A stretch of 64,000 nucleotides of DNA from an uncultured Bacteroidota bacterium (GTDB taxonomy: Bacteria > Bacteroidota > Bacteroidia > Bacteroidales > 4484-276), in assembly GCA_937950125.1 (NCBI GenBank), contig CALFEP010000306.1:168-64167 (forward strand). The letters are read 5' to 3'. Made by a program: the position numbers and the translations under genes. This document shows positions 10,601 to 19,769 of the stretch, piece after piece (the stretch's first letter is position 1; every line of letters begins with the position of its first letter). A model generated the notes under the pieces. The model made no database searches. It was given only the letters and a program-made list of their open reading frames with translations, and had not been told where the DNA came from.

Positions 10601-10964
10601 CATGTTTGGCACCATTATAAGAAACCTTGTTGGAAATGCCATAAAGTTTTCACATAAAAATGGGAAAATAGTAATTAGCGCTTACAGCGAAAATGAGGAT
10701 TTTATAATTTGTAAAGTAAGAGACAATGGAATTGGAATGGACGAAGAAAGAACCAGACAGATTTTTGATGAAGACAACATTCAATCAACACCCGGAACGG
10801 GAGGAGAAACGGGCACCGGACTTGGTCTTGCAATTACCCACGAATTTGTCAAACTAAATGGAGGTAAGCTTTTTGTAGAAAGCAAACCTGGCGAAGGAAG
10901 TAGTTTTTACTTTTCTATCCCAACCAAAATCCCAGGTGAAATCTTACCTCAAAATGAGGCTTAA
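7698..10964 (+). CDS. Membrane sensor histidine kinase: beta-propeller repeats + Y_Y_Y + HisKA + HATPase
   Basis: Repeated D..G.LWIGT units, Y_Y_Y region (GEYVINIKASNSDGFW), TM helix, FSIIAHDLKNPF, RNLVGNAIKF, DNGIGM, GTGLGL. No receiver or AraC domain. Confidence 0.9.
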   Translation: MNQKTIINCLFIIVFSILPGFLLAQTADQWLDQPVFNKLNAQEGLSQGRISDIIQDSAGFMWFGTRDGLNRWDGYSMQVYKNSPGNPNSIQSNIIEKILMDNKGVLWILTGKGLCKHQPGTDIFTPYEIPGKIDESKIFDFNFDRAGKLLLATHAQGLIEIDTATLKLTEYNLSGVLDANDDIRLIFVSKDNKVWLSKRKGGALLFDRTVKTPVSIKSLLKQTLNIDLHYITSIVEDNDNNLWMGTGDTGLIFVDTKKLALKSFFFLENGDYLQGRVILDLMYCDDDNIWIGTDSEGLVCFNIKNHIVRQFREGETENNLLYKTISSLYFDRSGNLWIGTNGKGLNILSPFSKKFYSVTKNTASTLNLSFESVRSIYEDKDNILWVGGYSGMQRIDFQKNTSELAAPHVIYSICPDPEDDNILWLGTEGGGLKQFDKSNRQLTALPVYNEYGEKPLSDDMLHGYRIYDILAAPDNRLLIATAQGLNVFNPRTKTFRFLKINLPDPSYMIESGLTTIYYDSHNCLWLGTFTEGLIKMNSDFSAAKNFTNKPEKQDLPGNRVNCIHEDSQGRFWIATNMGLCMMDRDTESFTTYTEAEGLPNNTVYGILEDSLGHLWLSTNNGISNFNPNEKTFKNYNQSDGLPGNEFNSAAYFQYNKSRLYFGGVDGLVAFNPQNVVSDEEPPAMNFTRMKIFYSDTVYNINLSNKSYVEINPNAILLEIEFSAFNFINPYDCSYAYQFGEKTLDWINLGNKRIITLTNPSHGEYVINIKASNSDGFWNNDPKTLRILVLPEFYQTLWFRIMIITVILAGIVFVFYLKQIIHAQQQKKLQLLIEQRTRELSAANIELNRANASKDKFFSIIAHDLKNPFNSLLGFTDLLVDEWKKMNDNEKHDIVKILKNTIENTYDLLLNLLEWSKLQRKKSLPVPEQFKISEVIDDIVSQLNVISELKNISIETEIIKDQWIYYDLTMFGTIIRNLVGNAIKFSHKNGKIVISAYSENEDFIICKVRDNGIGMDEERTRQIFDEDNIQSTPGTGGETGTGLGLAITHEFVKLNGGKLFVESKPGEGSSFYFSIPTKIPGEILPQNEA

Positions 10965-11262
10965 AAACTATGTCGAATTGAACGCTTCAGCAACTGCTAA
11001 TAGATTATTTGAACCTTGCGTGTAAAATAAATTTTTGACGCCTGTCTGGTATTGATCGTATTGTAAATCCTGCTCAGAAGTTTGGACAAATGGGTCAAAA
11101 ACAGGTGTCTTTTTTTGGTCGTGTTTTTCCGTGTTACTAAGATTGTCATTTTGTTTAATGTTTTAATTTATTTATTAAACAAAAAGAATTGGTAAAAGTT
11201 TCTGAAAATGATTTTTTTTTATTAAAAAAGTGATATCAATCAGATTATTAATATTTTAAAAA

Positions 11263-12105
11263 ATGAATAAATCAGATCTTGTAAAGTTGATCAAAGAAAA
11301 AAGATCGTTTTTGTGTATTGGACTCGATACTGATCCTGAACAAATTCCTGCGCATTTAAAATCATCTGACGATCCGGTGTTTGAATTCAACAGGCTGATT
11401 ATTGATGCAACACACACATACACAGTAGCATACAAGCCAAATCTTGCATTTTACGAAAGTCAGGGTGTTAAAGGCTGGCAGAGTCTTGAAAAAACCATGA
11501 ACTATCTTAAAAACTTGAGGCATGAGGTTTTTACCATTGCTGATGCCAAGCGGGGAGACATTGGAAACACATCGGAACGTTACGCCAGGGCTTTTTTGGC
11601 TGCAGCGCCTGCCGGCTTTGGTTTCGATGCCATCACGGTAGCCCCTTACATGGGGCACGATTCAGTAAAACCGTTCCTTGCGGTGAAAGATAAATGGATA
11701 ATTCTGTTGGCGTTGACGTCCAATCCGGGCGCTTTCGATTATCAAACCCTTCAGCTCGAAAATGGCCATGCTTTGTACGAGCACGTTATCAAAACTGCTA
11801 CAGCGTGGGGGAGTGATGAAAATCTGATGTTTGTAGTAGGCGCCACTCGGTCAGAAATGCTTGTCAGAATCAGGAACATAATTCCTGATCATTTTTTGCT
11901 GATACCGGGAGTGGGCGCCCAGGGAGGCACATTGGCCGAAGTTGCACAATATGGAATGACAAAAGAGTGTGGATTGCTTGTAAATTCTTCGCGGGCAATA
12001 ATTTATGCTTCAAACGGCGAAGATTTTGCCTTGAAAGCCGGTGAAGCAGCTCGTGAAATGCAGAAGGAAATGGAAGACGCATTGATAATTAAAGGATTAT
12101 TGTGA
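11263..12105 (+). CDS. pyrF: Orotidine-5'-phosphate decarboxylase (type 2)
   Basis: LCIGLD, YKPNLAFYE, DAKRGDIGNT, TVAPYMG, TSNPG, PGVGAQGG, NSSRAII. Confidence 0.95.
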   Translation: MNKSDLVKLIKEKRSFLCIGLDTDPEQIPAHLKSSDDPVFEFNRLIIDATHTYTVAYKPNLAFYESQGVKGWQSLEKTMNYLKNLRHEVFTIADAKRGDIGNTSERYARAFLAAAPAGFGFDAITVAPYMGHDSVKPFLAVKDKWIILLALTSNPGAFDYQTLQLENGHALYEHVIKTATAWGSDENLMFVVGATRSEMLVRIRNIIPDHFLLIPGVGAQGGTLAEVAQYGMTKECGLLVNSSRAIIYASNGEDFALKAGEAAREMQKEMEDALIIKGLL

Positions 12106-12142
12106 CAATTGACGTTTCATTTATACATTTTTATTTATTAAA

Positions 12143-14689
12143 ATGAAAAGCAAACACGCCAAAAACTATTCTCCCTTCGCATCCATAATCATTGTTTTTC
12201 TTACCCTGATTCTTCCTCTTGTTTATTTCAAAAGTACACTGGACCCCGTATTGTTGCCAAGGCTGCTGTTTCTGAATATCTTATTAACAGGGGTGTATCT
12301 GTTCTTACTACTAAGTAAAAACCCTGCTTATCAAGATGCGTCAATACTTAGGCGATGGGTGTTTGTGCTGCTGTTTGGTTATTTTGCAATTACGGTAGTT
12401 TCTGGTTTCTGGGCACTCAATTTCAGAGAGGGGATTTTCGACATGGTTAAAACTTTTTCGGTTTTTTCACTTGTTGCAGTCATTGCGTTGATTTTCAACC
12501 AAACTATCAACTGGCGCGAAAAATTGGTAAAATCTGTGGTTGTTGCAGCCATATTGTCATTATTTATCGGTTTTTACCAATATGTTCAAAATGTAATTCT
12601 TTCCACCAATCCATGGTTGCCCGATGGCAGTCCGGTGGTTTATTCGGTCAAAGGTTTGATGGCACACCGCAACCAATATGCAATCTCGTTGATGCTTATG
12701 CTACCTTTTACACTTTATGGAGTTTTTATTTTTAAAAATAAATGGAAATGGGCTGCTTTGGTATCCTCATTATTAATACTGATACTCATATTTTTATTGC
12801 AGGTAAGGAGTGTTTGGGTTGGTTTATTTGTTGCGGCCATTGTAACATTTTTCAACATCATAATTTTTGGCAAAGACACTATTGTTAGAAAAAAATATTG
12901 GGTCACTGGTGTGTTGATTGCCCTGGCCATGGGTGTGTTTTCTGTTTTTCTAGTAAGGAATTTTTTACCTGCGGGCGACAACATATTGAAGAGCAATAAC
13001 CCGAATTCACTCGATCCTTATTCTGCCAAAAATATTAACCGGTTCAAAATCTACAATGTGTCAACTGAAATGATTTTACGACACCCAATTACCGGGGTTG
13101 GTGCCGGAAACTGGAAGATTCACTCGCCCACATATTTCACTAATTATCACTTCGATAGGGATGAACTCATCTGGTTGCGGCCACATAATGACTACCTTTG
13201 GGTTGCCTCCGAAAAAGGGATTCCCGGGTTATTGATTTTTCTTGGAATTTTTGCCATTACACTTTATTATCTTTATAAAATACTGATTACCAACATAGAG
13301 ATAAATTTAAAAATTTTTGCATTGTTCCTGATGGGAGGGGTTATTGGTTACATGGTTGTTTCACTTTTTTCGTTTCCACTCGAAAGAATAAACCAACAGG
13401 TGTATCTTTCGCTATTAATAGCTTCATCGGTTGTGATTTATCACAACAACTTTCCGGATAAACCAAAATCTTTCCAAATCCGGAAAGTTTTATTCTTAGC
13501 CTTGCCATTGCTGGTTTTCGGTGTAGTTTACGGTATTTCGGAAGTCAACATGGAAATTTTGGTGAAAAAAGCCAGAGGTTTGCAAATGCAGTCGAACTGG
13601 CCAGGGTTGTTATCGGAATCGAGAAAAATACCACAAACCTTTAAAAATATTGATGTTGAGGGAATGCCGATCAATTGGTATCCGGGGCTGGCAGCTACCA
13701 ATATGCGCGATTTTGAAACCGCAATAAAAGAATACGGGAAAGCCGTTGAAACCTTTCCATCAAATGTGAAGGTGCTGAATAACCTGGGTCAGGCATATAT
13801 TGAAACCGGAATGTACGAAAAAGGCCTGGAATGTTGCCAAAGGGCGGTTTCAGTCCTGAATTATTATCCTGAGGCTTTTGTAAACATGTCGTGGGCATAT
13901 TTTAAAATGAATCGTTTTGAAGAAAGCATGGAAATGCTTTTAAAAATCAGGGATTATGACCGAACACAACTGATTAAGCAGATGATGAATAAAATTATGC
14001 TCCAGGATTCGTTTTTAACAAGACATCACTACGATTTTAAAAAGTACACCTATACAGGTAGCATTGTATCCAAGTATCAACAAACGATTGACCTTGTGCC
14101 CCACTGGAAAGAAGCTTTAATGAAAAAGGCAGCTTTTAAAAACATTGTCCTCAGCAAAGCCATATTGGAAGATGCCTGCTACATTGCTCAAAAAAATGAA
14201 CCAGAGAAGTTCTTTGCCTGGTACGGTGCTGAATACTACAAAACTCTGATAAGGAACGATTCAGCCTGGATGAAATCGATAAAAGAGAAAAGCGCGAAAA
14301 ATAATATTGCTGAAGAAGAACAGCTTGAACTTGACGCGAACTATCTTTTTAAGCAGGAGCAACCGGATATTTACAAGAAACATGGCATGATCATAACACA
14401 AAAACAAAAACTGCTCAACGAAACTAAAGTGATCGATTTTATTGCTGGGAAAGCAAAAAAATGTAACATGTCCTTTGAAGAAATGCTGGATGTTTACGCT
14501 GGATATCTCATTGATCTCCAATTAAGAACCATTGACCCACTCGAAAAGAAATTGGCCGAAACAGTTGAGCTGATTAAAGACAACCACAACTGGTACAAGC
14601 AGGTGGTTTTAAAATCAAGATTCATTAACAAGCCTTTGGACGAAACCTTATGGAGGGAAGCTTATTATGTTTTAATGCAGGAACGATAA
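12143..14689 (+). CDS. O-antigen ligase (Wzy_C)-family membrane protein with TPRs and a repeated C-terminal domain
   Basis: About 12 hydrophobic segments, RSVWVG, GVGAGNW, PHNDYL, TPR-like helices (KAVETFPSNVKVLNNLGQAY), then four ~54-aa repeats. Confidence 0.8.
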   Translation: MKSKHAKNYSPFASIIIVFLTLILPLVYFKSTLDPVLLPRLLFLNILLTGVYLFLLLSKNPAYQDASILRRWVFVLLFGYFAITVVSGFWALNFREGIFDMVKTFSVFSLVAVIALIFNQTINWREKLVKSVVVAAILSLFIGFYQYVQNVILSTNPWLPDGSPVVYSVKGLMAHRNQYAISLMLMLPFTLYGVFIFKNKWKWAALVSSLLILILIFLLQVRSVWVGLFVAAIVTFFNIIIFGKDTIVRKKYWVTGVLIALAMGVFSVFLVRNFLPAGDNILKSNNPNSLDPYSAKNINRFKIYNVSTEMILRHPITGVGAGNWKIHSPTYFTNYHFDRDELIWLRPHNDYLWVASEKGIPGLLIFLGIFAITLYYLYKILITNIEINLKIFALFLMGGVIGYMVVSLFSFPLERINQQVYLSLLIASSVVIYHNNFPDKPKSFQIRKVLFLALPLLVFGVVYGISEVNMEILVKKARGLQMQSNWPGLLSESRKIPQTFKNIDVEGMPINWYPGLAATNMRDFETAIKEYGKAVETFPSNVKVLNNLGQAYIETGMYEKGLECCQRAVSVLNYYPEAFVNMSWAYFKMNRFEESMEMLLKIRDYDRTQLIKQMMNKIMLQDSFLTRHHYDFKKYTYTGSIVSKYQQTIDLVPHWKEALMKKAAFKNIVLSKAILEDACYIAQKNEPEKFFAWYGAEYYKTLIRNDSAWMKSIKEKSAKNNIAEEEQLELDANYLFKQEQPDIYKKHGMIITQKQKLLNETKVIDFIAGKAKKCNMSFEEMLDVYAGYLIDLQLRTIDPLEKKLAETVELIKDNHNWYKQVVLKSRFINKPLDETLWREAYYVLMQER

Positions 14690-14704
14690 ACGATTTTCAA
14701 GCAT

Positions 14705-15238
14705 CTACTCCTGCTTTTCTGTTTGCTGATTTTCACTATTTTGCTGAAAAATCTGGATAAGCTCTTCGGGTGTTTTACCCAAATATTTCAACGAGACTTC
14801 AGCATCATCAGCAAAATCATTGTTGGGATATTTCGCCAGGAATTCTTCATAAATAGCTTTGGCTTTGTCCAACCTGCCAAGATTGTTTTCATAAACATAA
14901 CCTTGCAAAAACAAGGCTTCCGGCGCTTTGCTGTAGTCAGGATATTGTTCGAGTATTCTCCCGTAAAATTTAATTGCCTGCGTGGCTCGGCCTGTGTTCA
15001 TGGTCACATCACCGGCCTTAAAAAGGAATTTTGGCGCCAGCGAATCTTTGGGATACGTGTCAGCGTAATTAAGATATGCTGCAATAAGCTCCTCGACGCG
15101 GTTTGGATCAAGCCTTCCATCTTCCGAAAAAAGTTCTTTTTCAAGCGCTTCAATCGCATTTAAGGCTTTTTTTTCGGGGGAACTACAACCTAAAATCAAA
15201 ACAAGAGCAAAGGCAGAAATTAAATTAAAATATTTCAT
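14705..15238 (-). CDS. TPR lipoprotein (BamD/CpoB-like TPRs)
   Basis: Lipobox ILGC, TPR motifs (YPDYSKAPEALFLQGYVYEN...AKAIYEEFLAKYP). Confidence 0.75.
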   Translation of the reverse strand: MKYFNLISAFALVLILGCSSPEKKALNAIEALEKELFSEDGRLDPNRVEELIAAYLNYADTYPKDSLAPKFLFKAGDVTMNTGRATQAIKFYGRILEQYPDYSKAPEALFLQGYVYENNLGRLDKAKAIYEEFLAKYPNNDFADDAEVSLKYLGKTPEELIQIFQQNSENQQTEKQE

Positions 15239-15259
15239 ATTCAATGTGTTATTTTGTTT

Positions 15260-15832
15260 TTACCATTTTTTTCTTTTCTGCACCGGAAACATCATCTTGT
15301 AATCCACATCAACTTCGCCTTTTGTAATTTCGTGCAGTTTGCGCCTGATTATTGCTTTACGCAAGTTATTGATTCGCTCAACAAAAAGCACACCTTCGAT
15401 ATGGTCGTATTCGTGCTGAATGATACGCGCTGCGGTTCCTGAATATTGTTCTTCGTGAAAAACCCAGTTCTCGTCGTAATACTCGATGAGGATTTCGGTT
15501 TTCCGGGGAACGTATTCCCTGACGTTTGGAATACTAAGACAACCCTCGTCAACCACTTCTTCTTTGCCGGCGTATTCAACAATGTAAGGATTGATAAAAA
15601 CCTTTTTAAACTCAAGGAGTTCCGGGAATTTATCGGCAAAAGGAGATGCGTCAATTACAAAAAGCCGGATGGACTTATTAACCTGTGGTGCGGCCAGTCC
15701 AACACCTTCGGCAGCATACATGGTTTCGAACATGTCGGCAATAAGCTGGTTTAAACCATCATAATCCTTATCAATTTCTTCGGCAACTTGTTTTAAAACT
15801 GTTGATCCATATGCCGTTATCGGTAAAATCAT
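15260..15832 (-). CDS. def: Peptide deformylase
   Basis: GVGLAAPQ, EGCLSIP, QHEYDH. Confidence 0.97.
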   Translation of the reverse strand: MILPITAYGSTVLKQVAEEIDKDYDGLNQLIADMFETMYAAEGVGLAAPQVNKSIRLFVIDASPFADKFPELLEFKKVFINPYIVEYAGKEEVVDEGCLSIPNVREYVPRKTEILIEYYDENWVFHEEQYSGTAARIIQHEYDHIEGVLFVERINNLRKAIIRRKLHEITKGEVDVDYKMMFPVQKRKKW

Positions 15833-16263
15833 ATTTTCTGGTTGTTTAAATTCTCTGTCATTCTTAAATACGATTGTAGCATAATCGTTGCACTTATCGT
15901 ATCAACAAGCGCTTTATTCTGTCTGTCTTTCTTTTTCAGCCCAGCCATCAACATTGCATCGTGAGCAAGTTTCGATGTAAACCGTTCATCTGCCCTTTCA
16001 ACAGGAATTTGAGGAAAATGTTTAGCGAGCTGCTTAACAAAGGGTTCGGTAAACCGTTGTGCGTCCGAAGCTGAATTGTTCATCTGAACGGGCTGACCAA
16101 CAACAAATTTATCAATTTTTTCGCGGTTTACATAATCTTTCAGAAACACAAAAATTTCGGAAACATGCACTGTCTTCAAGCCGGTAGCTATAATCTGAAG
16201 TTCATCAGTGACAGCAATTCCCACTCGTTTTTGACCGTAATCTATGGCTAATATTCTTCCCAA
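15829..16263 (-). CDS. ruvX: YqgF/RuvX family nuclease (pre-16S rRNA nuclease)
   Basis: ILAIDYGQKRVGIA, DERFTS, VDTISATIMLQSYL. Confidence 0.92.
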   Translation of the reverse strand: MGRILAIDYGQKRVGIAVTDELQIIATGLKTVHVSEIFVFLKDYVNREKIDKFVVGQPVQMNNSASDAQRFTEPFVKQLAKHFPQIPVERADERFTSKLAHDAMLMAGLKKKDRQNKALVDTISATIMLQSYLRMTENLNNQKI

Positions 16264-16348
16264 ATTCTTGTTTTGTTGTGGTTTAAAACGGATGTTTCAA
16301 CTTAAAATACTTAGTTTTAAATGTTTAATAAAAGCTTTCAAGCCGCTG

Positions 16349-16414
16349 CAAAATTAAATAAAAGTTTGAAAAGGTTTCAATCCCGGCCAGGTTCACCTAA
16401 TTTGCCTACTTTTG
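16349..16414. promoter_or_regulatory. Divergent -7 elements for ruvX (minus, 16349-16356) and dapD (plus, 16407-16414)
   Basis: TAATTTTG on the minus strand and TACTTTTG on the plus strand, both matching TAnnTTTG. Confidence 0.55.
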
Positions 16415-16438
16415 GAGCTGCCCAAAAATGATTATTGG

Positions 16439-17254
16439 ATGAATGAATTGAAACAACGAATTGACGAGGCCTGGGAAAACAGGCAATTGCTAAGTGAACG
16501 CGCTTACGCTGATGCGGTATCAGAAGCCATTGGAATGTTGGATTCGGGAAAAGCGAGGGTTGCCGAGCCACAAAATGGCGCCTGGGTGGTGAACGAATGG
16601 TTAAAGAAAGCCGTCATCATGTTCTTCCAGGTTAGGAAAATGGTGGTATCGGAGGTTGGTATTTTTGAGTTTCACGATAAAATTCCGTTAAAATCGAGCT
16701 ATGAATCGCTGGGCGTCAGGGTTGTGCCACATGCTATCGCCCGTTATGGTGCGTATCTGGCACGGGGTGTTGTCATGATGCCCTCATACGTAAACATTGG
16801 TGCTTATGTTGACAGTGGAACCATGGTCGATACCTGGGCAACAGTCGGATCGTGTGCACAGATTGGTAAAAATGTGCATCTTAGCGGAGGTGTGGGAATT
16901 GGGGGTGTGCTGGAACCCGTGCAGGCTTCGCCGGTAATCATCGAGGACAACTGTTTTATTGGTTCGCGATGCATCGTCGTTGAAGGTGTTCGTGTTGAAA
17001 AAGAAGCCGTTCTGGGAGCGAGTGTCGTACTGACAAAATCAACCCGAATCATTGATGTTTCAGGCAGTTCACCTGTCGAAATGCGCGGTGTTGTCCCCGA
17101 AAGATCGGTTGTGATACCGGGTGCAATGGCCAAAAGTTTTCCGGCTGGCCATTACAATGTTCCCTGCGCTTTGATTATTGGCAAACGAAAAGCCTCTACC
17201 GATTTGAAAACTACCCTGAACGATGTCCTGCGGGAATACGAGCTTGATGTTTAA
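16439..17254 (+). CDS. dapD: 2,3,4,5-tetrahydropyridine-2,6-dicarboxylate N-succinyltransferase
   Basis: VNEWLKKA, FHDKIP, MPSYVNIGAYVD, VDTWATVGSCAQIG, GIGGVLEP. Likely start is ATG 16439. Confidence 0.95.
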   Translation: MNELKQRIDEAWENRQLLSERAYADAVSEAIGMLDSGKARVAEPQNGAWVVNEWLKKAVIMFFQVRKMVVSEVGIFEFHDKIPLKSSYESLGVRVVPHAIARYGAYLARGVVMMPSYVNIGAYVDSGTMVDTWATVGSCAQIGKNVHLSGGVGIGGVLEPVQASPVIIEDNCFIGSRCIVVEGVRVEKEAVLGASVVLTKSTRIIDVSGSSPVEMRGVVPERSVVIPGAMAKSFPAGHYNVPCALIIGKRKASTDLKTTLNDVLREYELDV

Positions 17255-17259
17255 CATGA

Positions 17260-18294
17260 TTGCAAACACTTGATTTTGTGAAAAAAACAGCCATTAGCAA
17301 AATTCTGATTATACAAACTGCTTCCATCGGCGATGTTGTCTTGGCAACACCTGTTATCGAAAAACTCCACCTTTTTTATCCCGAAGCACACATCGATTTC
17401 CTTGTAAAAAAAAATATTGAGGGTATTCTGAAAAACAGCCCTCACCTTCGACAGGTGATTGTTTGGGATAAGTCAGCAAAAAAGTATGCACATCTCAAGG
17501 AGTTAATTCAAATTATCAGGACTGAAAACTATGATTGTGTTGTCAACCTTCAGCGTTTTGCCGCAAGTGGGATAATTACCACCTTGTCGGGTGCCGTCAT
17601 AAAACTGGGGTTTAATAAAAACCCTTTTTCTCCCTTTTTCACGAAAAGTGTAAAACACCTCATTACTGCTGATAAGGCCAAAGGCAACCATGAAGTTGAA
17701 CGTAACCTGACTGTAATCGACTGTATTACAGACGGTAATCATCAATTTAAGGTAAGGTTGTACCCATCGCAGGCCGATTTTGCCAAGGTTTCGCAATACA
17801 AAACCAACCGATACATTTGTGTGGCGCCGGCTTCGCTGTGGTTTACCAAGCAATATCCTGCCGAAAAATGGATTGAATTCCTTTTTTCGATTGACAAAGC
17901 GCTGTATGTGTATTTTTTAGGTTCGCCAAGCGATGTTGGGTTATGCAATGAAATGATTGCAAAATCGGGACACACAAATTCTTTGAATCTGTCTGGTAAG
18001 CTAAGTTTTCTGGAATCGGCAGCATTGATGAAAGATGCAGCAATGAATTTTGTCAACGATTCGGCTCCCCTGCATTTTGCTTCTGCCATGAATGCCCCTG
18101 TGACTGCCATTTTCTGTTCGACAACCCCCAATTATGGCTTTGGACCTTTGTCTGAAAATTCGGTGGTGGTAGAGGCCAAAATTGATTTGCCTTGCAAACC
18201 TTGCGGTTTGCATGGTTTTCGACAATGCCCCGAAAAACATTTTAAATGTGCCCTAAACATTAAAAAGGAACAATTACTTTCACGGCTGCAATAA
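17260..18294 (+). CDS. Glycosyltransferase family 9 (heptosyltransferase-like)
   Basis: IQTASIGDVVL, SLWFTKQYP, NDSAPLHFASA, CKPCGLHG. Confidence 0.9.
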   Translation: MQTLDFVKKTAISKILIIQTASIGDVVLATPVIEKLHLFYPEAHIDFLVKKNIEGILKNSPHLRQVIVWDKSAKKYAHLKELIQIIRTENYDCVVNLQRFAASGIITTLSGAVIKLGFNKNPFSPFFTKSVKHLITADKAKGNHEVERNLTVIDCITDGNHQFKVRLYPSQADFAKVSQYKTNRYICVAPASLWFTKQYPAEKWIEFLFSIDKALYVYFLGSPSDVGLCNEMIAKSGHTNSLNLSGKLSFLESAALMKDAAMNFVNDSAPLHFASAMNAPVTAIFCSTTPNYGFGPLSENSVVVEAKIDLPCKPCGLHGFRQCPEKHFKCALNIKKEQLLSRLQ

Positions 18295-18322
18295 AAGGTT
18301 TATTAATTTTGCGTTTAATAAC

Positions 18323-18357
18323 AAGGGTTCCGAACCCTCGAAGGGATTGGAACCCTT
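18323..18357. repeat. Imperfect 16-bp-stem palindrome (REP-like) in the tsaC leader
   Basis: AAGGGTTCCGAACCCT-CGA-AGGGATTGGAACCCTT, with one G-T pair and one mismatch. It lies just after a TAATTTTG element at 18304-18311. Confidence 0.5.
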
Positions 18358-18372
18358 TAAATTTCAACTGAA

Positions 18373-18945
18373 TTGGAAAACATGAAAGAGGAGATCGAAA
18401 AGACGCTCAATGTTTTACGAAAAGGAGGGGTTATTCTTTATCCCACCGATACCATATGGGGAATTGGCTGTGACGCCGAAAATCAAAAGGCAGTGGACAA
18501 AATTTACAAAATAAAAAAAAGAGTTGAGGGGAAAAGCCTTTTGGTACTGGTTGATTCTATTGAAAAGATTGCCCGATATGTAAAAAAAACCGACCCGGTA
18601 ATTATTGATCTGGTTTTGGGTTACAACAAGCCACTCACAGTGATTTATCCCGGTGCCGTAAACGTTGCCAAAGGCGTTTCAGCTCCCGATAAAACCATAG
18701 GAATCAGGGTTGTAAGGGATGATTTTTGCAAAACGCTAATCAACGAATTTGGCCGGGCTATTGTTTCTACCTCGGCCAACATTTCAGGAGAACCCTCACC
18801 GGTAGTTTACCATCAAATATCAGAGGAAATTACAAATGCTGTCGATTACGCTGTAAACCTCAACAGGTCGGTGATAGCATCCATGCGCCCATCACGCATT
18901 ATCAGGGTTTTGCCTAATGGCGGATTTGAAGTGGTGAGAGAATAA
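18373..18945 (+). CDS. tsaC: L-threonylcarbamoyladenylate synthase (Sua5/YrdC/TsaC)
   Basis: YPTDTIWGIGC, IYKIKKR, TIGIRV, STSANISG. An alternative start is ATG 18382. Confidence 0.92.
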   Translation: MENMKEEIEKTLNVLRKGGVILYPTDTIWGIGCDAENQKAVDKIYKIKKRVEGKSLLVLVDSIEKIARYVKKTDPVIIDLVLGYNKPLTVIYPGAVNVAKGVSAPDKTIGIRVVRDDFCKTLINEFGRAIVSTSANISGEPSPVVYHQISEEITNAVDYAVNLNRSVIASMRPSRIIRVLPNGGFEVVRE

Positions 18946-19767
18946 TTACAAGTCCTTTTTGCGTAGAAAAAGGTAAATCGCTGAAATGAAAATAATTACG
19001 TAGAGAAAACAAATTCCTGCATCAGCCCAGGAAATAAATTCCTGAAAGTCCATGTTGAATTCCGGGGTTTTAACCTTTATCAGCGACGTGTTGGGCGACC
19101 AAATTAGATGGTTCATCGCATTTAGCGGTAAATATTTATCAAAATCATCGGGCACATAATATTGAATAATTGGCTCAATAATCAGGTAAAGAAGAAGTAC
19201 AATAACCGCGAACCCTGTCTTTCGAATCAAAACCCCAATCATCAGTGCAAAAGTCAGGTAGGTAAACACCTCGAGGAAATAGGCCAGCAGGTAATGCATT
19301 TTGCTGAATACCGCACTCACAGATCTGACCGGCGATTGTGTAAATCCCAGATACATACCGGCAAAAAACACTGCAAGGGTTGAAAGTAAGGTGAGGAAAA
19401 AAATCACCAGCAGTTTTCCAGTGATAAACTCCCCACGGCTCATTCCGTTTAAAATGTTGGTGCGGATGGTGAGAAAGCTAAATTCGTTGGTGATAAAAAT
19501 CATTACCAGTATAGCCAGAAATATTTTGATAAACCCCCTCATGCTGGCAACAAACGCGATGTTTTGCCAAATATCGGGGAAATTAAAAACAATGGCTTTG
19601 AATGCTTTTAGTGCAAGGTTTTCTTTGGCGTGGTCGGCGATGTAGTCGAGCAAAGCGGGTACTGCAAAAATCATCGAGAAAAGTACAAAAACATAAAGCA
19701 CCACCATTACCCAAAAGGCGCGGTAAGACCGGAGTTTTTCCCATTCGATATTTAATAATCTTAACAT
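18946..19767 (-). CDS. ABC-2 type transporter permease
   Basis: Six hydrophobic segments, ITNEFSFLTIRTNILNG; directly downstream of an ABC ATPase. Confidence 0.85.
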   Translation of the reverse strand: MLRLLNIEWEKLRSYRAFWVMVVLYVFVLFSMIFAVPALLDYIADHAKENLALKAFKAIVFNFPDIWQNIAFVASMRGFIKIFLAILVMIFITNEFSFLTIRTNILNGMSRGEFITGKLLVIFFLTLLSTLAVFFAGMYLGFTQSPVRSVSAVFSKMHYLLAYFLEVFTYLTFALMIGVLIRKTGFAVIVLLLYLIIEPIIQYYVPDDFDKYLPLNAMNHLIWSPNTSLIKVKTPEFNMDFQEFISWADAGICFLYVIIFISAIYLFLRKKDL

Positions 19768-19769
19768 AA

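Noticed and set aside
7698-10964. Propeller/Y_Y_Y sensor kinase without receiver or AraC output
   Set aside because: A frequent Bacteroidota architecture; not unusual on its own.
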